From positions 909 through 64,908 of the forward strand of contig JAKAIZ010000002.1 of the NCBI GenBank assembly GCA_021814065.1: 64,000 nt of DNA, written 5' to 3'. The notes beneath the pieces are model-generated. The model made no database searches and had not been told where the DNA came from. It was given only the letters and a program-made list of their open reading frames with translations. The translations under genes were made by a program, and so were the position numbers. This DNA is from Nitrospirota bacterium. Its GTDB lineage: Bacteria > Nitrospirota > Thermodesulfovibrionia > Thermodesulfovibrionales > UBA6898. Position 1 is the first letter of the stretch. The number at the start of each line of letters is the position of its first letter. Below, in pieces: positions 36,701 through 44,721 of the stretch.

Positions 36701-38246
36701 TATGCAGCCAAAGGCGATCCAGGAGCTCTGGGACTCCTATGGCAGGATGAACGCCACACTCGGCGTCGAGCTCCCATTTACCAATAACAACATCCAGACA
36801 ACCATCCCGCTCGGATACATTGATCCGACTACTGAGATAGTGCCCGAGGGGCAGACGCAGCTATGGAAGATCACCCATAACGGTGTCGACACCCATCCTG
36901 TCCACGTACACCTTTACAACATGCAGATCATCAACAGGGTCGGCTGGGACGGGGCGATAAGGCCGCCGGAGGACAATGAACTCGGATGGAAGGAGACTGT
37001 CAGGATGAACCCGCTGGAGGACATTATCGTCGCGCTTCAGCCGAGGACCATGACCCTTCCCTTCACGGTACCGGATAGCGTCCACAGTGAGGACACTACT
37101 ACTCCGGCGAGCTCTAATATAACCGTCGTAAGCCCATTCGGGATACCGGGGGGAGGCGTGGTCGGCAACCCGATTATTGTTTCAAACGCCGATCAATTCT
37201 TCGGGTGGGAATATGTCTGGCACTGCCATATCCTTGGCCATGAAGAAAACGACTTTATGCGTCCGTTTGTCATGCTTGTCCCTAACGATTTCCCTGCTGC
37301 GCCGACCAGCCCGTTTGCTACAGTGCCGACTCCGGCGTTGCCCGCGACAACAGGGAACACCGTCCAATTGAGCTGGACGGATAATGATGCCCTCGATCCC
37401 CAAACGAATCTGCCGGAGGCTGTCCGGAATTCCGAGATCGGTTTTCGCATCGAGCGTGACAGCGGCAGCGGATTCGTACCGATAACGAACGTATTTACGC
37501 CGATAACATATGTTTATCCGGACACGATTTACTTTACCGATACACAGGTCGCTTCGGGCGCGACTTACAACTACCGGATCTGGGCTTATAACGAGAAAGG
37601 CGACTCGCTGCGTTCGGTGACAGCGTCGGTAACGATGCCGACATGGACGAAGGCCGATAGCGTGACCCTCATCCCCACGCCGGCGAGTCCGGTGGTAGCC
37701 GGAAACCCGGTCTTGTTTTCTGCCTATGGTTCGGGCTCCTCAGTTTCCTACCAGTACCGGTTCTGGCAAAACGGTGTCATGGTCCAGGACTACGGTATCG
37801 GCTCTACGTGGACGATGCCGGCTTCGACGCTTCCGGGGACCTATACAATAATCGTCGATGTGCGGACCAGCCTGTCGTCTCCGGCTCCGGATGCGTCTGC
37901 GTCCACAAACTATGTAGTTTCGAATCCTTTTGTCACGCCGGCGTCAGGATCAGTGCAGATTGTCACGCCTCCGACGACAATTACGCCTCATTCTGTCGTT
38001 ACCCCTTATTCTACCCTTGCAGCAGCATTTGCCGCAGCCCAGGCTAACGACACGATCGAGGCATGGGGCGTGCCGTTCTCCGAAAGTATTAACTTAACCA
38101 CCCCCGGGCCGGCCACAGTGACATTTGCCGGAGGTTATGACCAAACCTTCGGCAGCCCCCTTTCCATGACTACCCTGCAGGGCGGATCCCTGACTGTAGG
38201 CGGAGTCGGCGGGACCCTGGTCGTGGACCGGCTGACTATACAATAA
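33792..38246 (+). CDS. Giant secreted multicopper oxidase with inserted GGxGY repeats, FN3-like and Y_Y_Y-like domains and a shared C-terminal module
   Basis: ATG 33792 follows AGGAGGAG and gives the signal peptide MKRRNNLVLVSVLLLATAFPWGINTADA; the track ORF starts at 33744. Copper motifs appear in order: IHLHGG, FFHDHSYG, HPVHVHL, WHCHILGHEENDFM. Confidence 0.9.
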   Translation: MKRRNNLVLVSVLLLATAFPWGINTADAGPGITNPCPPDQICPEGPGFGTYYANSPAGIRTYQGVSYFTGGPLRKFVDSLPGLGYANRNNLGQYIPVAVPDTSTFPGSDYYVIGLKDYRIKMHSDMPAATDTLGTGTRIRGYYQINGTDHSSQYLGPLIIARRDRPVRLLFENHLGAGTAGDLFIPVDTTVMGAGQGPLGLGCGGVYPGCNYTQNRAVIHLHGGNTPWISDGIPRQWITPIGEYSTPYLKGETQRNVPDMWFDSGHNVVPAGTSGATNDPGQGRATYYWTNQQSGRFMFFHDHSYGLTRLNVYAGEAAGYLITDPEEDKLIDAGTIPNVCPSGSPDCVYRYGIPLVIEDKTFVPWDVSVQDAKWDVNKWGKPGDLWFPHVYEPNQKPNDPTGANPFGRWDYGPWFWPPVLLDAAHSTLPDPSIVPEAFMDTPIVNGTAYPYLNVEPKAYRFRILNATNDRMLNLQFYVAEPLHISVTNGGSNYSATPIVEIGSSGCTPEPLATATVDGGVITGITVTNSDSIACTSIPNVSITDSTGTGAAVAASINTEVRMVAALPPTAGNLPACTTATVTNDSGLALGGLTLGPTGLPANCWPTTWPVDGRDGGVPDPTTAGPAMVQIGTEGGFLPKPVVIPSTPVGYEYNRRNIVVLNVLNKAIFLGSAERADIVVDFSQFAGKTLIMYNDAPAPVPGFDPRNDYYTDDPDQSSTGGAPTTLPGYGPNTRTIMQFRVADSATPPTFDLAALQNEATGLPAAFAASQPPMHVPEPVYPAPNNAVADTLATIQAYSLTFNPNTLTSGIEAIRNITVINGGAGYTVATVTVDPPPPGGTQATASAAVSGGAVTAINIINPGSGYYYAPGVTISGDGTGAAAVANFGATPQAIRSVTVTNGGSGCVASPTVNFLGGGGTGATASATAPAGEITGITVTNGGSGYTSLPAVAITGCTFAATAVANFEPVTVPMQPKAIQELWDSYGRMNATLGVELPFTNNNIQTTIPLGYIDPTTEIVPEGQTQLWKITHNGVDTHPVHVHLYNMQIINRVGWDGAIRPPEDNELGWKETVRMNPLEDIIVALQPRTMTLPFTVPDSVHSEDTTTPASSNITVVSPFGIPGGGVVGNPIIVSNADQFFGWEYVWHCHILGHEENDFMRPFVMLVPNDFPAAPTSPFATVPTPALPATTGNTVQLSWTDNDALDPQTNLPEAVRNSEIGFRIERDSGSGFVPITNVFTPITYVYPDTIYFTDTQVASGATYNYRIWAYNEKGDSLRSVTASVTMPTWTKADSVTLIPTPASPVVAGNPVLFSAYGSGSSVSYQYRFWQNGVMVQDYGIGSTWTMPASTLPGTYTIIVDVRTSLSSPAPDASASTNYVVSNPFVTPASGSVQIVTPPTTITPHSVVTPYSTLAAAFAAAQANDTIEAWGVPFSESINLTTPGPATVTFAGGYDQTFGSPLSMTTLQGGSLTVGGVGGTLVVDRLTIQ

Positions 38247-38403
38247 TGGTGAAATTGTGTATCATTATGATAATTACGGGGTATCTGATGGTAAGTATGT
38301 GTTATCAGATAAGGAAAAAGGAGGTGTCTTAATTCGGGGTAATCGGCAGGACATCGGAAAATCCATTGTTATTTATGAAATATTTCTTTGAAAGGAGAAA
38401 AGT

Positions 38404-39099
38404 ATGAAGAAGTTATTGGTAGTTGTGATGGCAGTGGCGGCAGTAGCATGCATGTTGGTGCCCCCGGCGTTTGCTGGGCTCGGCGACAGCAGTGCAGATT
38501 TATTGTTTACTCCTGTGGCGCCCTGCAGGATAGTTGATACCAGAGTCGCAGGAGGCAGGATTGATGCCGGAACGCAGAGAAATTTTTACGTAGTGGGGGC
38601 TGCTGCCAACTTTGCCTCCCAGGGAGGAACGGCGGGCGGCTGTGGAATTCCTGCCGGCGCAACGGCAGTGATGATCAACTACGTGGCTGTGGGGCCAGCA
38701 GGTCCTGGCGATCTTCGGGCCTGGCCTTACGGGAGCACGATGCCTAATTCCTCGGTAATCAATTACGCTGCTTATGCAGGCCTGAACCTAGCCAACGGGC
38801 TCGTTCAGCCAATCTGTGACAGCACAGCCACAACGTGTACGTCAGACCTCACTGTGCAGGCCGATGTAAGCTCAACGCATCTTGTCGCCGACGTTATGGG
38901 ATATTATCAGAAGTACCCCGGAGTTAATGTTGCCGGCGGGCTGGCGGCAGACGCAAGATTGAAGGTAGTAACCGGGGATATTGTTTCAACTGCTCAGGGT
39001 AACGGTCTCATAATGAAGGCTTCGGACGGGGCCAATTGTTTTCGGATTACGGTGAACAACGCAGGGGCACTCAGCACGTCTTCCGTAACGTGTCCTTGA
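38404..39099 (+). CDS. Secreted protein with an unassigned ~140-aa conserved domain (paralog 1)
   Basis: AAAGGAGAA RBS. Signal peptide MKKLLVVVMAVAAVACMLVPPAFA. Shared block FTPVAPCRIVDTR...GGCGIPAGATAVMINYVAVGPAGPGDLRAWPYG..MPNSSVINY...VADVMGYY. Confidence 0.75.
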   Translation: MKKLLVVVMAVAAVACMLVPPAFAGLGDSSADLLFTPVAPCRIVDTRVAGGRIDAGTQRNFYVVGAAANFASQGGTAGGCGIPAGATAVMINYVAVGPAGPGDLRAWPYGSTMPNSSVINYAAYAGLNLANGLVQPICDSTATTCTSDLTVQADVSSTHLVADVMGYYQKYPGVNVAGGLAADARLKVVTGDIVSTAQGNGLIMKASDGANCFRITVNNAGALSTSSVTCP

Positions 39100-39147
39100 A
39101 GGAAATGCGCCGACTTTCACGGGTGGCGTATAAAACGATTTTTTGTG

Positions 39148-39187
39148 GCTGAGGGTGGCGGTCTCGGACCGCCGCCTCAGCATTTTC
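39148..39187 (+). terminator. Rho-independent terminator candidate
   Basis: GCTGAGGGTGGCGGTC-tcg-GACCGCCGCCTCAGC (about 15-bp stem with one imperfect position), followed by ATTTTCT. Confidence 0.6.
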
Positions 39188-39574
39188 TCCCCTCACTTTC
39201 CTCCGGACGTTTCTTGAAAAACCCGTATTGCGGCCGGCAGACTCTCATGTGGTGCGACAATACGCAGGATTGACAGAAAAGCTATTTCTATGGTAATAAA
39301 TCAGCATCCATTCAGAAGTTCCATGTAACAAGGCCTATGGATGATGCGCCGAAAAGGGGGTGGTGGCGAAAACATATCCTTAAAGGGGAGGGGTGCCAGA
39401 GGCGAAAGCTGAAGCCGGTACAACCGTGTCACTGAAAGATAAAGTATTGCAGTCGGCTTTCATTTCGCCAGGCGTTGTGCGGATCTAACAACGTAGTCCT
39501 CACGATAAAAATCGAATGAGCGGCAGGGCAAAAGGTCGGCTGCCATCAAGGTTCCGTGAGGGAAAGGGGACATC

Positions 39575-40750
39575 GTGAAAAGAATCTTAGCAGTACTGAT
39601 CTTTATTTCTATTACTATTTTGATAACAGGCAGTGGGACGGACATCTTCGCGGCGGGCTCGGAACCCACGATCGGCGACTCGGTCCCTGCGGCCCAGACT
39701 GCGGACCAGAATGTGGCGTTGGCAGAGGCGATCGTTGCAAAGTTTGAAGCGGACTCGGGCAGGCCCCTTGACCCTGCATACCGGGTCTCTCTGGTAAATG
39801 ATCTCGCTTCGCGCCCCACCTCGCAACTTGATGCGATACAGAGCGGAGCAGGACTCATCACCACGCAAAACCTCGGCGACAGTGCCTCAGATCTGGTCTA
39901 CACGCCCGTGGCGCCGTGCAGGATCATCGACACGCGGCTTGCAGGAGGCGCGATAGCTGCCAACACGTTAAGAAACTTTTTCGCTGTAGGGTCCCCTTTT
40001 AATATGCAAGGAGGGACATCCGGCGATTGTGGCATCCCATTTGGGCCGGCAACGGCGGTCGCCATCAATTTTGTTGCGGTTGGGGCCAGCGGTCCTGGTG
40101 ACCTGCGCGCCTGGGCATACGGGGACACGATGCCAAATGCCTCGATTCTTAACTATGGCAACGCTAGCTATGTCGGGACCAATCTTGCAAACGCCATTAC
40201 CGTGCCTATCTGCAACCCCGGAACAGCCGTCAACAGATTGAGCGCCTGTGCTTATGATATGGTCGTTCAGGCGGACGTGAACAGCACCCAAGTTGTGGCC
40301 GATGTAGTGGGCTACTTCCGGAAGGTCAGAACAGAACAGGTGAAGAGCTTCTCGCAAAAGGCCGTTAGTAGTGGCACGACTGCCGTCGGGGCTACTTGCA
40401 CGAACTATAAGACGATCACGGTTACCGCACCAACGGGAGTGGCTGGGACTGTTCTGGTCAGGGCAGATGCCGTCTTCCAATTAAACCATACAAACGGCAC
40501 AGCGGACGAGGTGGTCCCCTTTCTGAGCGCGACAAGCGGCACTGAATGTTCTACGTCGTATGCCGGCAACATCTTTCTTCATCTTCCGGCCGAATTGCCT
40601 ACGAGTACAAGTTATTTGCCGATCTCCCTTTCGGCCCGGTTCCCTGTCAGTGCAGGGGCAGCCGCTACCTTCTATCTGAACGTAAGGAATAACTCCGGAT
40701 CGATGAACTTCTTCTCGTCGGCCATGGACGCAACTTTTATTCCAAATTAA
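39575..40750 (+). CDS. Secreted protein with the same unassigned domain plus a ~130-aa C-terminal extension (paralog 2)
   Basis: GTG start after AAAGGGGA and a signal peptide. Shared block YTPVAPCRIIDTR...GDCGIPFGPATAVAINFVAVGASGPGDLRAWAYG..MPNASILNY...VADVVGYF. Confidence 0.75.
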   Translation: MKRILAVLIFISITILITGSGTDIFAAGSEPTIGDSVPAAQTADQNVALAEAIVAKFEADSGRPLDPAYRVSLVNDLASRPTSQLDAIQSGAGLITTQNLGDSASDLVYTPVAPCRIIDTRLAGGAIAANTLRNFFAVGSPFNMQGGTSGDCGIPFGPATAVAINFVAVGASGPGDLRAWAYGDTMPNASILNYGNASYVGTNLANAITVPICNPGTAVNRLSACAYDMVVQADVNSTQVVADVVGYFRKVRTEQVKSFSQKAVSSGTTAVGATCTNYKTITVTAPTGVAGTVLVRADAVFQLNHTNGTADEVVPFLSATSGTECSTSYAGNIFLHLPAELPTSTSYLPISLSARFPVSAGAAATFYLNVRNNSGSMNFFSSAMDATFIPN

Positions 40751-40768
40751 ACTTGAAAGATCTAACCC

Positions 40769-40803
40769 ATGAGGCCGGGCGTAATGTCCGGCCTCATTTG
40801 GTT
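40769..40803 (+). terminator. Rho-independent terminator candidate
   Basis: ATGAGGCCGG-gcgtaatgt-CCGGCCTCAT (10-bp perfect stem), followed by TTGGTT. Confidence 0.55.
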
Positions 40804-40859
40804 CTCGCGATGCCGGCCTCTTGTTTAAGAAAACCCCATTATTTTTTGTATAATAGAAA

Positions 40860-43364
40860 ATGTCCGATAGCGTTCCAGACGGAATAAACGCCGCTTCCGA
40901 AAACAATATCCCATCCTATTATCTTCACGTCAGGTCGGAGATACTTTCCGCTGTCCCTTCAACCGCACTTAACATTCTCGATGTCGGCTGCGCGGCAGGC
41001 ATGCTGGGGAAGGCGCTCAAGGAAAAAGACCCTGCCCGCCGGCTCGTCGGGATAGAACTGGATGCCTTCGCGGCGTCGTTTGCAAAGCGGTTGCTGGACG
41101 CCGCCTATCATGCCGACGTCGAATCTTTCGACCCCCCTTTTCAGCCGGGGGAATTCGACTGTATCGTCTTCGCCGATGTCCTCGAACATCTGAGAGACCC
41201 GTGGGCTACAGCGGAAAAGTATGTGACTTTCCTTAAGCCGGGCGGCACGCTCATCGCGTCCGTCCCGAACGTCCGCTATCTGCCCCTTCTCAGGGATGCG
41301 GCCGAGCTCGGCCTGTGGGAATATCAGGAGGAGGGGATCCTGGACAAAAGCCATCTGCGGTTCTTTACGAAGAGGCAGTTCCTGGAGATGATGGAGCGGC
41401 TTTCGGTCGGCTGCGACGCGGTAGAATATCTCTACAAGGACCCGTTGCATGTGATAGGCGCTGAGGGACACGGGCGGGCTGTTCAATGCGGCAACCTCCT
41501 GCTCATGAACGTAACCGATGAAGAGCTCGATGAGTTGCGCGCCTTTCAGTTCGTCTTTGTCGGGACTTACCGGCCCGGGACTGCTAGGGCGGACAATCAA
41601 TGGACCGGGCAAGAGTCTATCCGAAAGGCAGGATGCGGTGAACGTCCCGAACAGTCTACGGAGCCTCTTGAAAAGTCCGCTTCAGAGGGAGAGGTCGATA
41701 TGGGCAGGCCGGTCCCGATGGGACCGAAATATGATATGGGCCGGCAGGACCTTGTTGTCGGGCACCTTGAGGAGATCCATTTCCAGCAGTGCGACTATCC
41801 CAAAATTTCTATAATTATTCCTGTGATGGACAAATGGATGCTCACATATCATTGCCTGAGCTCTATTCTCGAACATACGAAAGAGATCGCTTATGAAGTG
41901 ATTATCGTCGATGACGGCTCCACGGATGAAACGATCGAAATGCTCGGAAAAGTCGGAAACATTACGCTGCTTAGAAACGAAAAAACCAGGGGGTTTGTGT
42001 TTTCCTGCAATAAGGGAATTGGGAGCGCAAGGGGGGAATACGTTCTTTTTCTCAATAACGACACGGTCGTCACCGAGGGCTGGCTGACGCCGATGGCCGC
42101 GCTGCTGGACAATTCGGCGGCAATAGGCGCTGTCGGAGCAAAATTGATCCTTCCCGACGGGACCTTGCAGGAGGCGGGCTGCATTGTATGGAATGACGGC
42201 TCCACGGCAGGATACGGCGGGGGTGAAAATCCTGAAGATCCCCGGTTCTGTTATGTGAGGGACGTCGACTACTGTTCCTGCGCCTGTCTGCTTGTCCGCA
42301 AGGAACTCCTATATGATCTGGGAGGTTTTGATGAGGTGTACTCACCGGCCTATTATGAAGATGCGGACCTTTGCTTCGAAGTCAGGAGGCTGGGATACCG
42401 GGTTGTTTATCAGCCTGCTGCTAAAATCATCCACCATCAGTTCGGCAGCAGTTCAAGAGAAGAAGCCATGGCCCTTTATCTGAAAAACATGTCGGCTTTT
42501 GCGGCGAAATGGCGTCACGTTCTTAACGGACAGTATTCTCCGAAAAGCGGCAATGTCCTGCGGGCGAGAACCAGCAGGCGGGGGCAAAGAGTCCTTATCA
42601 TTGACGGTAGCGATACTGTATTCGATGAGACGGGATATCTTCGATCGGCCCGTGATATCGCAGAATTTCTTATGCGGTCCGGCTACACGGTGACGTTCTT
42701 CTCTCTGAGTGGGAATAATTGCCGGCAGGCAGGCGTACTCCAACAGCAGGGTGTCGAAGTATTCTGCGGCGGTGAAATGACGGCAGGGGACTTGGCAAGA
42801 GAAAGGGCCGGTTTCTACAGTGCACTCTTTATATGTGCGCCGTTGCGTGCCGACGACGAACTGAAAACCCTTAGGGAGGCATTCCCCTCGGCGCGGCTCA
42901 TCTATAAAGTGGTAGAATCCGGATCCAAGGCTGATGGCGAGGAAGAAAAGAGAACCGAACTGCTGGTGCAGTATGGTCCCGACGTTGTTATTGTGCCATC
43001 GCAAGGTATGGTCAACAATTTCTCGGAGCGGGGGCTTCGAAACGTTTTTTTCTGGGGATGTCAGGCTGAGCCAAAGCCTCAAGGGGACCGTCCGGTGAAT
43101 CAAACGCTCGCTGATACTATGAGAAAAGCCTTCAGAGGGGCGCCGATTGAAGAGGATAGATGTGGTTCCGATGATTTATTAGTTCAGGAGCTTCGAGCCA
43201 AGACAGATGAAATGGAGCGATACGTGACAAGTCTGAAAGAGACCCTTGCCGAGAAGGACAAATACGTAGAAAGCCTGCTGGAGGCCGTCGGCAGGAAGGA
43301 CGTGTATATCGCGTCTTTGCTCGAACACATAGAAGAAATCAAGAAGAAGATCAAATGGTTTTAG
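40860..43364 (+). CDS. SAM methyltransferase - GT2 glycosyltransferase - uncharacterised alpha/beta region - C-terminal coiled coil
   Basis: Methyltransferase block ILDVGCAAGMLG...FDCIVFADVLEHLRDPW...LKPGGTLIASVPN. GT2 block ISIIIPVMDK...IIVDDGSTDET...EDADLCF. The last ~45 residues form 14-residue repeats (EMERYVTSLKETLA / EKDKYVESLLEAVG / RKDVYIASLLEHIE). Confidence 0.85.
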   Translation: MSDSVPDGINAASENNIPSYYLHVRSEILSAVPSTALNILDVGCAAGMLGKALKEKDPARRLVGIELDAFAASFAKRLLDAAYHADVESFDPPFQPGEFDCIVFADVLEHLRDPWATAEKYVTFLKPGGTLIASVPNVRYLPLLRDAAELGLWEYQEEGILDKSHLRFFTKRQFLEMMERLSVGCDAVEYLYKDPLHVIGAEGHGRAVQCGNLLLMNVTDEELDELRAFQFVFVGTYRPGTARADNQWTGQESIRKAGCGERPEQSTEPLEKSASEGEVDMGRPVPMGPKYDMGRQDLVVGHLEEIHFQQCDYPKISIIIPVMDKWMLTYHCLSSILEHTKEIAYEVIIVDDGSTDETIEMLGKVGNITLLRNEKTRGFVFSCNKGIGSARGEYVLFLNNDTVVTEGWLTPMAALLDNSAAIGAVGAKLILPDGTLQEAGCIVWNDGSTAGYGGGENPEDPRFCYVRDVDYCSCACLLVRKELLYDLGGFDEVYSPAYYEDADLCFEVRRLGYRVVYQPAAKIIHHQFGSSSREEAMALYLKNMSAFAAKWRHVLNGQYSPKSGNVLRARTSRRGQRVLIIDGSDTVFDETGYLRSARDIAEFLMRSGYTVTFFSLSGNNCRQAGVLQQQGVEVFCGGEMTAGDLARERAGFYSALFICAPLRADDELKTLREAFPSARLIYKVVESGSKADGEEEKRTELLVQYGPDVVIVPSQGMVNNFSERGLRNVFFWGCQAEPKPQGDRPVNQTLADTMRKAFRGAPIEEDRCGSDDLLVQELRAKTDEMERYVTSLKETLAEKDKYVESLLEAVGRKDVYIASLLEHIEEIKKKIKWF

Positions 43365-43374
43365 GATAAACAAA

Positions 43375-44685
43375 ATGGAGACAATCCGAATATCCAAGAA
43401 AGAATGTTATTCAGTGAATTCTGGGGAGTATAAGGTTGTCGCGGGAAAGAAATACCGCGCATGCATCAGGGCCCAGGGTATCAGCGGCGAGAGGTATTCC
43501 GCGTATCTGGCAATCATATTGCTCAGTGCAGCCGGAAGAGAGCTCGACAGAAAAATCAGGTGGCTGAACGATTTTTCTGGGAAATTATTAGACTATTCTT
43601 TGACTGCCAAGGCCCCGGCCGGCAGCGCCAAAGCGGTAATCGCCTACCGCATAAATACGGAAATCGCCATAGAGTCGGAGTGGGCGGGGGCGCTCACTGA
43701 GGTCGGAGAACTGACCCTCGACGAAACCGAAGGGTCTTCCCCCGAGGATTTTGACAACATCCTAGATGCGCACGCGGCGAGGGCATCGGCAAATGCCAGG
43801 CCGCTGACCTCCAAAGAGGAAGATGCGATCGAAAGAAACATGGCATGGGTGCTCGGATCTCCCCGGAGCGGAAGCTCATGGCTGGTTCTAAAGTTGTTAA
43901 AGCGGGAAAATATCATAGCGTGGAACGAGCCTTTGGTAGGCGCTCACCTGGGGAATTTAGTTGCTTTAGCTTTCAATGACGAATGTTTGACAAAAATAGG
44001 CAGGACAATGGATGTCTACGCAGGCGAACCCGATTATTTTTTCTCCTCGATCTACAGGCAGGCGTGGATGCCGTATTTTAGAAAGATGGTGCTGCAGAGG
44101 CTTTATTGCCAATATCCTGAATGCCTGCATAAAATGGTTGCGATAAAAGAGCCCAACGGGAGCGTCGCTGCAGACATGATTATGCACTTGTTTCCGAATT
44201 CAAAGTTGTTGTTCCTCGTGAGGGACGGTAGGGATGTCATCGAGTCTGTTCTTGATATGTTCAGGAAAGAGTCCTGGGCCAATAAATGGATGGAGTTCCC
44301 GGTTCTAACAGATGAAGTGCGCAAGATCGTAATTATAAGACAGTCTAATATCTGGAACTATCTCCTGGCAGTAACTAAGTCGGCATACGAGTTTCACTCG
44401 CGAGAGAAGCGGCTCATGATTAAGTATGAGGAGCTGAGATATAATACGTTGGCAAAGTTGAAGGAAATATACGGACTGCTCGGAGTCCCCGCGGATGAAG
44501 AAGAATTGCAGGGTCTTATCGACAGTTCCAGCTTCGAAAGGATACCTGACGATGAAAAGGGAGAAGGCAAGGTCATAAGAAAGGCCAAGCCGGGCAGTTG
44601 GAAAGAGACCTTCACCGAAGAAGAGAAGAAGATTATGAATTGCATTATGGGGAAGACGCTGAAAGAATTCGGATATGAAGTATGA
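43375..44685 (+). CDS. Sulfotransferase with an N-terminal ~140-aa beta-rich (CBM-like?) domain
   Basis: PAPS 5-prime-phosphosulfate loop VLGSPRSGSSWL and 3-prime-phosphate motif LFLVRDGRDVIES. The N-terminal domain is unassigned. Confidence 0.8.
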   Translation: METIRISKKECYSVNSGEYKVVAGKKYRACIRAQGISGERYSAYLAIILLSAAGRELDRKIRWLNDFSGKLLDYSLTAKAPAGSAKAVIAYRINTEIAIESEWAGALTEVGELTLDETEGSSPEDFDNILDAHAARASANARPLTSKEEDAIERNMAWVLGSPRSGSSWLVLKLLKRENIIAWNEPLVGAHLGNLVALAFNDECLTKIGRTMDVYAGEPDYFFSSIYRQAWMPYFRKMVLQRLYCQYPECLHKMVAIKEPNGSVAADMIMHLFPNSKLLFLVRDGRDVIESVLDMFRKESWANKWMEFPVLTDEVRKIVIIRQSNIWNYLLAVTKSAYEFHSREKRLMIKYEELRYNTLAKLKEIYGLLGVPADEEELQGLIDSSSFERIPDDEKGEGKVIRKAKPGSWKETFTEEEKKIMNCIMGKTLKEFGYEV

Positions 44686-44721
44686 GGCCGTCCCCCGGGG
44701 AAATTCGGCGTTAAGGATAGA

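Noticed and set aside
39290-39470. Purine-rich ~180-nt leader before the second paralog gene, considered as a riboswitch (c-di-GMP, cobalamin, glycine and others)
   Set aside because: I could not match any conserved core I remember (no B12 box, no GEMM GCAAA/ACGCA pairing pattern, no glycine CUCUGGAGAG core). An Rfam scan is needed before any claim.
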